A stretch of 64,000 nt of DNA, from assembly GCF_001194135.2 (NCBI RefSeq), contig NC_068989.1, positions 3,774,798-3,838,797 of the forward strand, given 5' to 3'. This DNA is from Octopus bimaculoides (Eukaryota). This document shows positions 1 through 12,500 of the stretch, one piece after another. Under the pieces are notes generated by a model. The model was not told the DNA's origin. It did not search any database and was given only the letters and a program-made list of their open reading frames with translations. Numbering within the stretch: the stretch's first letter is position 1; the number at the start of each line of letters is the position of its first letter. The position numbers and the translations under genes are program-made.

Positions 1-371
1 TGGAGCACCGCCTTTAGTCAAGCCAATCGACCCCAAGACGTATTCTTTGTAAGCCTAGTACTTATCCTATCAGTCAATTTTGCCGAACCGCCATGTTATG
101 GGGACATGAACACACCAGCATCGGTTGTCAAGCGATGTTGGGTGTGGTGGGGTGGGGTGGAGTGGACAAACGGACACACAAACACACACACACATACATA
201 TCTATATATACACATATATACTACGGGCTTCTTTCAGTTTCCGTCTGCCAAATCCACTCACAAGGCTTTGGTCGGCCCAAGGTAACAGTAGAAGACACTT
301 GCCCAAGGTGCCACGCAGTGGGACTGAACCTGGAACTATGTGGTTGGTAAGCAAGCTACTTACCGCACAGC
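1..371 (-). mobile_element. SINE family A (tRNA-derived head, CORE-like body, internal microsatellite), cut by window edge
   Basis: Reverse complement aligns along its length with the + copy at 59385-59736 (GCTGTG(C/T)GGTAAGTAGCTTGC...GGCACCTTGGGC(A/G)AGTGT...GTGAGTGGATTTGG...CATCGCTTGACAACCGAT(G/A)CTGG) and with the tail copy at 21140-21245. Confidence 0.85.
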
Positions 372-599
372 GATATATATATAAAGGCAGATGAGTTGGT
401 AGGTATATAATAACTATAATCCAGCGTATCAAATCTATTTATCAGTGACGAGATTATGTTTATCCAAAAGCTAGTGACATTTACAATATCTTCATAATAT
501 GAGAAAAATAAGCACTCGGCTATATATAGCGAGCGAGGATTTTGCTATTTATAACAGACTAATAGACTCAGTTAATCATTGATTGGGTAAAAATATGGG

Positions 600-708
600 A
601 AACTGGCAAAGATGCTTCGAGAAAGAAAAAAAATAGGAGAAGAATGTGAGTGAAAGAGTGCGGAAGAGAAAGAATGAGTGCTCGAGAGAGAAGGAGAGAC
701 AGAGTGAA

Positions 709-740
<32 letters not shown>

Positions 741-1208
741 CGTACGTATGAGGACGAGATTGCAAAGTTCACGTAGAATTAGGTTTAATAATCTACATTC
801 TGTGATATGTATATTTAAAGATGGCGGCAGTGGAGAGAGGAAGAGGAAGAAAGCGAGACATAGAGAAAGAGACAAACGGAGAGAGTAAGAGGGTAAGAGA
901 GTGAGCGAAAGAGAGATAGTAAAAGTTTAAGAGATAGATAGAGTAAGAGAGTAAGAGAGAGAGAGAAAGTAANNNNNNNNNNGAGAGTGAGAGTAAGAAG
1001 GTAAGAGAGAGAGAGAGAGAGAGAGAGTAAGAGGGGAAGATATCAGGAGTAAGAAGGTAAGAGGCTGTGTGCGTGAGAGACAGAGAGCGAAAGGGTGAGA
1101 GGGAGAATGGACGAGGAGGATGTAGAGATTATAGAGTAAGGGGACTTCTCTTTTAATATTTTATTTATAGAAATGATGAAAGAGAGGAGGCAGAGCAGGC
1201 AAGAACAC

Positions 1209-1265
<57 letters not shown>

Positions 1266-1300
1266 ATATGAGAGAAGGAGATAGATAAAATGGAAGAGGG
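600..1300 (+). repeat. Purine-rich (GA)n / GAGTAA-type low-complexity tract
   Basis: Near-continuous GA/AAG runs read directly; a 10-N gap lies at about 973-982. Confidence 0.9.
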
Positions 1301-2279
1301 TGATGTTGGGGATGCTGTTCATATTTTAGCCAGAGGTTGATGAAACTGATATGCACTTGCTTCTAAAAAAAGAGAATTGTGTTCCCATGTGCACGAAAAT
1401 CACACACACACACACACACNNNNNNNNNNNNNNNNNNNNNNNNNNNNNNNNNNNNNNNNNNNNNNNNNNNNNNNNNNNNNNNNNNNNNNNNNNNNNNNNN
1501 NNNNNNNNNNNNNNNNNNNNNNNNNNNNNNNNNNNNNNNNNNNNNNNNNNNNNNNNNNNNNNNNNNNNNNNNNNNNNNNNNNNNNNNNNNNNNNNNNNNN
1601 NNNNNNNNNNNNNNNNNNNNNNNNNNNNNNNNNNNNNNNNNNNNNNNNNNNNNNNNNNNNNNNNNNNNNNNNNNNNNNNNNNNNNNNNNNNNNNNNNNNN
1701 NNNNNNNNNNNNNNNNNNNNNNNNNNNNNNNNNNNNNNNNNNNNNNNNNNNNNNNNNNNNNNNNNNNNNNNNNNNNNNNNNNNNNNNNNNNNNNNNNNNN
1801 NNNNNNNNNNNNNNNNNNNNNNNNNNNNNNNNNNNNNNNNNNNNNNNNNNNNNNNNNNNNNNNNNNNNNNNNNNNNNNNNNNNNNNNNNNNNNNNNNNNN
1901 NNNNNNNNNNNNNNNNNNNNNNNNNNNNNNNNNNNNNNNNNNNNNNNNNNNNNNNNNNNNNNNNNNNNNNNNNNNNNNNNNNNNNNNNNNNNNNNNNNNN
2001 NNNNNNNNNNNNNNNNNNNNNNNNNNNNNNNNNNNNNNNNNNNNNNNNNNNNNNNNNNNNNNNNNNNNNNNNNNNNNNNNNNNNNNNNNNNNNNNNNNNN
2101 NNNNNNNNNNNNNNNNNNNNNNNNNNNNNNNNNNNNNNNNNNNNNNNNNNNNNNNNNNNNNNNNNNNNNNNNNNNNNNNNNNNNNNNNNNNNNNNNNNNN
2201 NNNNNNNNNNNNNNNNNNNNNNNNNNNNNNNNNNNNNNNNNNNNNNNNNNNNNNNNNNNNNNNNNNNNNNNNNNNNNNA

Positions 2280-2324
<45 letters not shown>

Positions 2325-3286
2325 AATGAAAGAAAAAAAACCAAGATAAAAAGTAGAACGTAATGGTACAAATAACAATTATTCATATGAGGGAGAACAA
2401 CTCCTGGATTATTATCTGGTATATGCTGTGGATTCATAAGTTTTTGCATATATGATGTCATCAATATGCGTGATGTCCTCATATTTATATGATGGGGACA
2501 AATTTTAGAGACATGTGCTTTTTATGCATCAAATTCGTATAATGCATATAACTGATTTACTTTTTAGATTTTCTTTTCCTAAAATTTATTCCTAAAATTA
2601 GAAGAAAAAAACCCAGTAAATGAGTGGAAATCGAACCGGTGAGAGAGTTAATTAATAAGGCATTAAAACAGAATGACTCTCTCCACATACAACAAAATAT
2701 GCTTCAACACACGAATTCACATAAAGAATCTTGCAAACCAAATACAAAAACGAAATAAAATTATATTTATTGAAGAAAGTTTGAACATAAGTGAAAACAC
2801 GAGATATTCACACTAAAATCTTTACTAAAAGAGTCATTAATTCATTAAAATGGTATGAAATTCATGAAAGTACTTGATTCGACTGACATCAGTTATTTGT
2901 TAATATGAAGTTCTACCTGCTGTCATTTTAACTCATCACGATAATGAAAGCTTCATCAATCAATTCATATCAAATCAGATTAATTAGGTTGAGACAAAAT
3001 TTGGGAAAATCTTTTCTGTAAATAAATAAATAAATAAAAATCTGCTGCTGCAATTAACCGAAATTTATTTTGGTTGCAAATGTATTTAACGGCCATCAAT
3101 GGTGGGGAATGGTTCAGTATTTTGATTTATGAGATTTTTCCGGTATGCAAATAAGCGAATTGGGTTACACACACTATACATACACATATACCTACGCATA
3201 CACTCGCACGAACGCGCTACGCACGGCCACATATTCATAAACGTGTACATACATACACAAGCACACGCATATATACAATCTACATG

Positions 3287-3336
<50 letters not shown>

Positions 3337-4226
3337 AATATATGTATACACACACACATATATATAATATATTAAGAAGACATCTTGTGTCTCCAAACAA
3401 AGCGTTACATACATACATACACACATATGTATATGTGTATATATGTATGTATATGAATATGTTTGTATGTATGTATGTATGTATGTACATTATAGATAAG
3501 TTTAAATATGTAGGTTTCAAAAACATGCAATTAACCTCAAAGACATTAAAATCGATGCTTATCAAACAATTTTAAGCAGTCCGATATTACTGACGTCCTC
3601 TCTCCAATCGTTTACCTGCCCACAATCCTAGGTGTGTAAAATAGCAATTTACAGTTTTAGCAGAATTGGAGAGACATACATTCTCCACAATGTTTCTTGA
3701 AACCTGAACAAATCTGACTGCCTGGCCCAAATCGATGCATCCATGGAATCTAGTTTAAAGCCACTGCGCTTACCGACTTTCAATTTTGGTTTTCTGGCTA
3801 TGTTTTGAATCTTACGTGGTGAACGAAGAGATAACTTCACATCGGGGTGAAGAAATGTATCCGCAAGGCCACACCACTACCCAGCGCCGTATTCCAACAC
3901 CACCACCATTGTGATGGGAAATTCTCCACCCGTATACTGGCGAAGGGAACAGATGCAGTCAGCCTCAGAGTAAAGGAGGAACATTTCACTAAAAACAGGA
4001 CAGCCGGGCTTAACTACCGGAATTGACTTGACGACTGGAGATTCATCTACTGCCTCCGGAGCCTTTCACCAACGCCGGGTATAATCACCATAAAAAAAGA
4101 AAAACATGGAACGTCTGATGGAGGTGAGGGTTCGTGATCCGAAATCGTTAACGAATACAAGTTTAAACTTAAACGAATAACTAGCAACAAGGCTATACGC
4201 AGTGCTGTTCAAACAGCACTAGTAGG

Positions 4227-4228
4227 TC

Positions 4229-4286
<58 letters not shown>

Positions 4287-4289
4287 GTT

Positions 4290-4320
<31 letters not shown>

Positions 4321-4500
4321 CTGTCTGTCCGTCTGTATGTATGTATGACTATTTGTCAGTATGTCTGTCTGTCAACTTGTCGATTTGTATGTCAAGCTGT
4401 TTATCTATCTACCTCTCTCTGTCTATTATCTACCTGTAGTATCTATCTACCTGTCTCTCCCCTCCTCTCTCTCTCTCTCTCTCTCTGTCTCTCTACGTTT
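4227..4500 (+). repeat. Compound microsatellite (TATC)n-(TGTC)n-(TC)n
   Basis: Read directly. Confidence 0.95.
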
Positions 4501-5029
4501 TTTTTATCTCTCTCGTTATGTGCTTGTCATAAATATCTGTAAGCCTCATGGATTCACATAAATCGGTTAAGACACAATCCTCCATCTTTTCAAAATGGCA
4601 GCTTGTAGCAAACTCGTCGTAAGATTCACTTAAAACGATTAAGAGATTTCGTGAATTCCACTAACAATCGGTAAGATCTTTTCGTTTAACAATAGAAAGC
4701 TTTAAGATATATGAATGACATGTCTTCGAGTGAAAGGAAGAGATATTTAAAAGAAACAAAGACTGGAATTAAATAGGATGGTTTGAAATACATTAAGCAG
4801 GGCAAGGAATCGGAATTCAGAAATCTCAGTGATTTTCTGGTAGATGTTGCGATGCATCTTGTTTGAAGAATCTTGTGTGTTTGACAGATAGAATAGTTAA
4901 GTAGATGGAAAGATAGATCGGTAAGTAGGTTGTTGGGTAAGACGATAGGTGGATGGCAGGGAGATACATACGGAGTTCAGTCAATAGGTAAATATAGAGC
5001 TAGCTAGATATGTTAAATGGATGGACACA

Positions 5030-5214
5030 CTGACAGACACAGATAAAATAGATAAATAGATAGACAGATAGACAGATAGATAGGCAGAGAGATAGAGACA
5101 CACAGATTTATAGGCATATAGAGAGACACAGACAGAGACACGCAAATACGTAGAGAGATAGACAGATGAGGCACACAGACAGACACAGATAGCTAGAAAG
5201 ATAAATGATTTATT

Positions 5215-5272
<58 letters not shown>

Positions 5273-5365
5273 CAGATAAATAGATAACTAGACAGTCGGA
5301 CAAACAGACAGATAGATAGATAGATAGATAAATAGATAGGTAGACAGTTAGCTAGGTAGGTAGGT
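5030..5365 (+). repeat. Compound (GATA)n/(GACA)n microsatellite
   Basis: Read directly. Confidence 0.9.
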
Positions 5366-5413
5366 AGTAAGTTATCTTAATGTTTTATCTCGGATAACGA
5401 AAATAAATCACCG

Positions 5414-5665
5414 TCATACTCTTCTTAACAATGTCCCTGGTCTAAAGGATTTGAAGATGACATCGATTACTAATGGAAATTTCGTTATCCAATCAGTGTG
5501 CCTGGAAATTTCTATGGATGTTTGTGAGTTCGAGAAGAGTTCAATGTCTTTTGAGCGCGTTGTGCCAATGTTTTGTATGCCATAGACAAGGTTCGACAAA
5601 AGCCTTTTGAGTAAAGTTATGTGATTAGACAGAATGCTCTTGAAGAGTTGGAGATACTGCAGCAC
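5414..5665 (-). pseudogene. Possible decayed piggyBac-like transposase fragment
   Basis: ORF peptide SNHITLLKRLLSNLVYGIQNIGTTRSK has the spacing of the piggyBac DNxxTS-x10-GIxxxGTxR block, but the catalytic D is absent. By-eye motif match only. Confidence 0.25.
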
Positions 5666-6422
5666 TCGTAACTTGCATCAGTGTAGAAAGTTTTGCAAAG
5701 AGTAGGGATGAAATTTCAATCTTCATTTGAATATACCGTAATAAATGTACACCTTCGGATTCTTGTACAGATCCATACACACACACACATTTATACACGC
5801 ACAGAACGGACCGCCACAGTTTTCGTTTCCCCTATTCATTCACGAGGCTCTGGTCAGTCTGCCGCCATTGTAGAAATCACTTCCTGAAGGTGACGCATAA
5901 TGGGAATCAACTCAAGACCGCCTATTTACAAAGCGAGCTTCTTCATAGCATAGCATATCTGCACCTGTTGTACATAATATCAAACAATTTTATACAGAAA
6001 TATTATTGCAAGGGGATCGCCGAAAAAAGACGGGTTATATATGAAGAATAGTGTCACCAATAAGGCAGAGCAGAGGTCCATTTTCGCAAGACGTACGTGA
6101 CGACCACAATCTATGAAACATCTAAGCTGTAAGTCTTGAACTTTTACAAGAACTGCACCGATTCCTTTTTCACATTTGACTACTAGCATATGTATTAAGC
6201 AAATATATATANNNNNNNNNNAAAAAAAACAAAAGACGAAGACTGTTTACGTTTCGAGTCTACGCTCTTCGACAGAAAGGAGCACAGAAATAAACAGGGA
6301 GAGAAAATAGAAAATAGAAAAAAAATGTATATAGCAGTTTGTATATTACAGTGATGTGTGTAAGCATGTATATGTAACACACAGACACTAAAATATTCTA
6401 TACGTCTATATGTTTATGTATG

Positions 6423-6479
<57 letters not shown>

Positions 6480-6926
6480 GTAGCACTATGTAGAGGTGTA
6501 CTAAAATAAGCATTTGCGTGAATATGATCATCTTCATCATACACACACACACACACATTCACACATATGCATATATCTACAGAGATATGTATGATGCATG
6601 ACAAATACAATAGCATACACAATACACAGCAATATGTAGTGGTGTGTGTATATACATACATACATACATACATACTACAATACAATGCACATTGGTACAT
6701 ATAATATGTAGCTCTGTGTGTCTGAGAAGGAGTGGGCATGTGTCTGTGTGTATGTGTGTATGCAGAGGCAACATTCAGTAATTGCGATGTAGAAATATAT
6801 TTTGAAGTTTTTGAAATGTGTCCAAAGGGTGTGACGTACGTGACACAGCGTAAAATAACTATTTTTCGCCTGAAAATATTGATTTCAAATTTTGGCGCAA
6901 GACCAGGAAATTCAGGATTGAGTTAA

Positions 6927-7088
6927 TTCGATTACATCAATCCCAGAGTTAGAACGCTACTTATGTTTTCGACTGCAAACGGATGAAAAGCAAGTTCGAC
7001 CTCAATGGAATTTGAACTCGGAACGTAAAGACGGACGAAATACCGCTGTTTTGAACGACGCAGCAACGATTCTGCCAGGCTCGCGGCC
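6927..7088 (-). mobile_element. SINE family B, degenerate
   Basis: GGATGAAAAGCAAGTTCGACCTCAATGGAATTTGAACTCGGAACGTAAAGACGGACGAAATACCGC matches the reverse complement of the copies at 8509 and 29461. Confidence 0.8.
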
Positions 7089-7795
7089 TCTCCATACATA
7101 AGAAAATCTTAACAGCTAATCTCTCTGAATTCCTCCAGAACAGTAAAAAGACCTCATATCGCTTATTTACATTAACCTTTAAAGTTAAAAGAAATACTAA
7201 TGGGTTTTCTACGCCACAATTTGGCCGGAATTATCATTTATTTGGTATGAAGAGTTTGACGAGAATGGATGCAACATTTTCAAGAAATATTTTCTCGATC
7301 TTTCAAATAATGTAAAGCTGGAAGAAAGCGTTCAAGTATCGATATTTAATCCTAATGAACCATTCCAGCATGGCCTATCCAGTGTTCTTGCCGAAAAATT
7401 CTTTTTACATGTTACAAATATAATTTCGCTGGTATTTCCGTCGTGACTGAGTCGATGGCTGTGGAAGAACTGGAAAGAAAATGCTTTTGGTGGGATTAGA
7501 GTAACTCCTGGTTGACAGGACCGAGAGGAAATGCTGACATTTTGGGGCATTCTAAGAATTTTTGAAAACCTGCCTTGGTTTAACTTTCACGAGAATGGCC
7601 CAAAGCGAAAACATACAAGTGTAGGTTTAGATTATGCGTAAAGAATTTAATTATCATCAGAGAAATTCCAATTCTAAATGTGATCCAACAAACAGGAATA
7701 CAAAGAGAGTGAAATCAAATAAGAGTAACAGTTACTATCGTGCGCACATGATGTTATACGGCGAGTAAAACATGCGCGCGCTCATGTGTTTAATG

Positions 7796-8113
7796 CCGGT
7801 TTCGATTCTCAGACCAGGCGTTGTGAGTGTTTATTGAGCGAAGACACCTAAAGCTCCACGAGACTTCAGCAGGAGGTAGTAGCGAACCCTGCTGTACTCT
7901 TTCACCACAATTTTCTCTCACTCTTTGTTTCTGTTGTACCTGTATTTCAAAGGGCCAGCTTTGTCACACTCTGTGTCACGCTGAATCTCCCTGAGAACTA
8001 CGTTAAGGATACATGCGTCTGTGGAGTACTCAGCCATTTACACGTTAATTTCGCGAGCAGGCTGTTCTGTTGGTCGGATCAACTGGAACCCTCTTCGTCG
8101 TAACCGACGGAGT
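7796..8113 (+). mobile_element. SINE family C (B-box-like GGTTTCGATTC head remnant; structured 3' tail ending CGTCGTAACCGACGGAGT)
   Basis: The tail block is shared with 46990-47094 (+) and 53961-54130 (-). Confidence 0.7.
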
Positions 8114-8508
8114 ACCACAATCAATTTTAAAAAAATGCGTTCTAAAGTGTTTGACATCTGGTTAGTCTGTTGTTTTATAACAGTAAAATTTAGTTCGAAA
8201 TGTTTAGTATCGAATAGACAGACGATAATATTTTGATTCAGTAAACAGTTTGGCTTTGTGTTTCATGAAGAGAAGGACATTTTGTAATTCAAAAAAACAT
8301 GGAGTTTGTGTTTCTAATTATTCCCGTTTCTTTCATTGTCATCTTTAGTTTTGTTTTGTTTTCTTCTTTGGTTTAACCTTTTAACGATCTTTTTTTCAAT
8401 TATCACAACATTCAAAACATTTTTTCGGAATCATGGAAGCGTATAAGCTACTCATGAAGTTTACACTGCTCATGGTAATATTCAAAATCTTTAAGGCAGT
8501 GTGGATGG

Positions 8509-8727
8509 GTGCGGGGCTGGCAGAAATGTTAGCACGCCGGGCGAAATGCTTAGCGGTATTTCGTCTGACTTTACGTTCTGTGTTCAAATTCCGCCGAGGT
8601 CGACTTTGCCTTTCATCATTCGAGGTCGATAAATTAAGTACCAGTGGTATACTGGGGTCAATCTAATCGACTTGCCCTCTCCCCCAAAAAAAATTTAGGG
8701 CCTTGTGCCTAGAGTAGAAAAGAATAT
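8509..8727 (+). mobile_element. SINE family B, near full length, tail type 2
   Basis: GGCTGGCAGAAATGTTAGCACGCCGGGCGAAATGCTTAGCGGTATTTCG...GTTCAAATTCC (B-box-like)...GGTCGACTTTGCCTTTCATC...GGCCTTGTGCCTAGAGTAGAAAAGAAT; many copies in the window. Confidence 0.9.
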
Positions 8728-9299
8728 TCCAAATCTTTGGAAATTTCGGTCAGGGGGTCTGCTCTAGAAAAACGAGAAAGAAAATCTACTTATGGGTACA
8801 CCCAATGCTGGATTTACCATTAAGCAAAATAAACACGTGCTTAGGGTATCAAGGGAAGGAAGGGGGCACCACAGAAATGGTAAATGGTTTACGGCACAAC
8901 AGATTCTGCCAGTTGGCCGCCTTATTTTTAACCTCTAAGTAAAAGTCGGTTGTATGTAGTTTGAGGGAAATTTGGGTGCTGTCATTAGCAAGTTGAGTGA
9001 CCACATGATTGTACACTCAGTAACTTCACTTACTGGCCGTTTGACTATTTCGAATCCTTGCCGAGATAGATGCAGAGTGATAAGACTAACGAGTGATAGG
9101 TATGCAGAGAAATCAGGATGTTGCAAAGGTCATTGTGGCCAACTGAAAAAATATGAAGGCAAAATAGCTATTAACAAACAAAGTTACCCCACCCACATAC
9201 ATATGCACACATACACGCACACGCACGCAGACATACAGATACCCACGTGCACAAACACAAACCCATTCACACACAAACTCATGCAAATACATATACACG

Positions 9300-9336
<37 letters not shown>

Positions 9337-10127
9337 GCACCGTGGCGTATACACATACATCGTGGTATTTTTATTATGGTTTCCCTGCAAACGAGTGATT
9401 GCACGTGTACCTGTATGTGATTGCAGGTGCAAATGTAAAAGTGCTCGTCAAAGCAGGTAAAGGAATATTGATAACACACATAAATCACTTTTACTCTGAA
9501 TGCGAAATAAGATAAAAAAACACCGCACAGACTCTGGAATGGTAAAACCCTGCTACCCACATAGGTAAGTAAATTCGTTAATCTTTCATAGCACGTACCT
9601 AAAGCAAATCGAATTAAACCCATTAACTTGGGTGTCAACGCCTACCTGCCGACGTACAGTGGCAACTACGACCGAAGCCAACAGCACGAAAGCTGATTTC
9701 AATCTACTCAATCAATCTCGAGAGAACCTTAGCGATAAGACCATAATAGCGGAGAGGGCAGGCTTCAAGGTTTATTCCTCGCTGATAGCATTAAATATAT
9801 ATGCTACACACACACATACACATTCATAACACAAACAGAGACTCTCTCAGACACACACGCCCACATACACACACTCTCTCATACACACGTAGACAGAATC
9901 ACACATTCACAAACACGCACTAACACATACACAAACACTCGCACACTCACACACACACACACACACTCCCGCACGCACATACACACACTCTCCCTCACAC
10001 GCGTCCACACACACACACTCACACACACATACATACATACATATACGCACATACACGTACACACATACACACTCATACATACACAAACACTCACACGCTC
10101 ACACACACTCACTCTCTCTCTCTCTCA

Positions 10128-10168
<41 letters not shown>

Positions 10169-10600
10169 GCACACTAAACCTGTGCACAGTAATATCAAAA
10201 CACTTTAAACGAAACCCAGGTAAGCTCTGTATGATCCGAATAGTCAAAGACGAAATTGTAATATACGGAAAATATAAAAGCAATGCTTTTGTTACTAAGG
10301 CAAAAGACAAACATGACACAAAGATTAACAACCTACTTAATGATAACAGTAAATATATAATGATTTAATAAGATAACAACAGTTGAAGTTAAACGTCGGT
10401 TAAACAAATCAATTATTGTATGAAACACACAACTAATTTATGTCTTACGTCACAGAAAATGAGAATTTATTCCAGCTTATATTTATGGAAATGAGTTATA
10501 TCTGTAAACAGTCTGACCTCTGTTTTTAAGTTTACGAAACTTAATTTACCAACACAAAATTATTAACAAGTGTATTTAATGTCGTTGCTGATGTTTTGAA

Positions 10601-10738
10601 GGAAGATGGCTTAGTGGTTAGAGCATCGAATTCCCACTCATAAGATGGTAAATTCGATTCGCAGATCGGGCTGTGTGTTGTGCTCTTGAGCAAGAAACTT
10701 TATTTCACGTTGCTCCAGTTTACTCAGCTGTAGAAATG
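10601..10738 (+). mobile_element. SINE family D (tRNA head)
   Basis: A-box TGGCTTAGTGG, B-box-like AATTCGATTCG, then TTGAGCAAGAAACTTTATTTCACGTTGCTCCAG; related copy at 38335-38559 (-). Confidence 0.75.
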
Positions 10739-10879
10739 TTTACTTGTCTCGCAGATAACGTTTCCAGTTACTTTTGAGTACCCCCTCGTATATACGCGTG
10801 TGTATGTGTTGTGTGTGAGTATGTGTGTGTATGTCCGTGTGTGTGTTGACATGTACGATGTTGCACGTAGCGATAGAAC

Positions 10880-11681
10880 CATCTTACAAGCAACTAATTA
10901 CCCCCTGGCTCATGTGACGTCAGATGGCTTGGAAACGTCGCACAAATTGCACTGCCGGGCTTCTAAAAGCACTGCATTTAGGTTCCGGCTTCAACGCAGC
11001 ATGTTTTCATTCACTTTTACTCAAGGGCATCACATCTGCATTTGATAGTCACACTTCATTATGTACGGCTTTGAGCCAATGTCTCCTAGATATCAATATC
11101 AATCTCAGATGTTCAATGTTGCCATTTATGACACCCTGAAACTACTTCCGAGGTTTATTCCGAAGTCTTTTTCCTCTGGTCAGCTCCCCGTTAAATATCT
11201 GTTTGGGCGCTTTTTTATCTTCAATCTTGAAAATATGATCAGCCCAACGCATCTTGTTCACAACTGTCCTTTTCCTGCAATCGTCAGTTTTTCTCAAATA
11301 CCAAAATATCAGACGTGTAAGAAGATATAATGCTGAGTAAGCTTTTGGAACGGCTTCATATGAAGCCTGTGAGCAGTAAGGGCTTAAAACTGTAGAGCCT
11401 TGACGGCCTTATACAGCGCAGTAAAGCGAGAATTTGATTCACATCACTGAAATGTTGCACCGTTGAAGTCATATATCTGGACAAGATCCAGAATCATGAA
11501 TCGGAGCAGTGGACATTTTAGAGATGTGTTTCATCAGCTGCTGTTGATGGAATTATTAACGGACTGACCTAAAAGGAGATTGTGTGAGGAATGAGGAATG
11601 ATCCAACCTTTGACGAGATAATCTCTACTTTCAAAGAGATAAGCATAAGAAAAGCTCCCGGTTCGAATATATTGCCTGTTG

Positions 11682-11683
<2 letters not shown>
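10880..11683 (+). mobile_element. Decayed RTE-clade LINE (endonuclease-RT linker to start of RT)
   Basis: 11600-11683 translates DPTFDEIISTFKEISIRKAPGSNILPVD, matching the non-LTR RT N-terminal PTxxE..I..L...KAPG.D.IP motif. Upstream frames are broken. Confidence 0.6.
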
Positions 11684-11731
<48 letters not shown>

Positions 11732-11745
11732 TTTTCTATATAAAA

Positions 11746-11917
11746 GATGAGCGTGGAATTAGCACAGAAGTAAGTCTAAGACATTTCAGTTTATGAGGGG
11801 AATTTAATAAAAATGATTTTAAAAAATTACCGCTTTCAATAAATCACATCTTATCAAATGCCAGTAACAATTTATCAAAATTTTAAATAAAAACAGTTTA
11901 TCTTTTGTCTTAAATTT
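11746..11917 (+). mobile_element. Partial copy of the TA-flanked MITE at 12274-12500, in opposite orientation
   Basis: Aligns to the reverse complement of about 12320-12500 (AGCACAGA(A/G)GTAAGTCTAAGACATTTCA(G/A)TTTATGAGGG...TTACCGCTTTC...CATCTTATCAAATG(C/T)CAGTAA). Confidence 0.75.
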
Positions 11918-12234
11918 CTCCACACTACTCTAGCTTTTGAATTTTTGTTTATATATATATCTCCCCAAACGTGCACCGAATGCTGAACAATTATTTCCCC
12001 TGCCCATACTGATAACGATAACCAATTACCTCCCCTTAGATTTTCTACTTCTTAAATCATTCATTCATAAACTTCACACACAACACGGACAAAAAAATTC
12101 TCAAGAAAATACGTATTTAAATTAATTATGTCATGAATAGCGAAATCGAAACCGGTCGACAAACACAATACACGATATTTAAAAAATTGTATTAAAACTA
12201 CGTAAAGTGTATACATTTTCCTTCTTTAATTACT

Positions 12235-12273
<39 letters not shown>

Positions 12274-12500
12274 CGGAGTTGGAAATAGGACAAAAGTAAG
12301 TCTAAGGTATTTCAATTTAAAACAGAAGATAAACTATTTGTATTTCAAATTTTGATAAATTTTTACTGACATTTGATAAGATGAGATTCATGGAAAGCGG
12401 TAATATTTTCTTTATATGATTTTAAAAAAATCATTTTTATTAAATTTCCCTCATAAATTGAAATGTCTTAGACTTACCTCTGTGCTATTTACACCTCCAC
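12274..12500. mobile_element. MITE with about 45-bp imperfect TIRs between TA runs (Tc1/mariner-type by inference)
   Basis: Left end GGAGTTGGAAATAGGACAAAAGTAAGTCTAAGGTATTTCAATTT; right end reverse complement GGAGGTGTAAATAGCACAGAGGTAAGTCTAAGACATTTCAATTT; (TA)n on the left and TTTTATATATAT on the right. Confidence 0.7.

Noticed and set aside
1326-2482. 300-360 aa ORFs here and at 15.3, 24.7, 30.8, 42.9, 44.7 and 56.3 kb
   Set aside because: They are open only because they run through N gaps and flanking (TA)n/(CA)n repeats.
9560-9790. Consensus donor AG/GTAAGT at about 9563 and ORF 9632-9829 as exon evidence
   Set aside because: An isolated splice-like word without a coherent exon; the peptide is unrecognisable.
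12128-12163. TGTC-ATGA...GAAACCGGTC-GACA, a possible fourth hammerhead
   Set aside because: The CTG of the core is missing and stem II is unconvincing. The reverse complement CCGGTTTCGATT equally matches the SINE C B-box.
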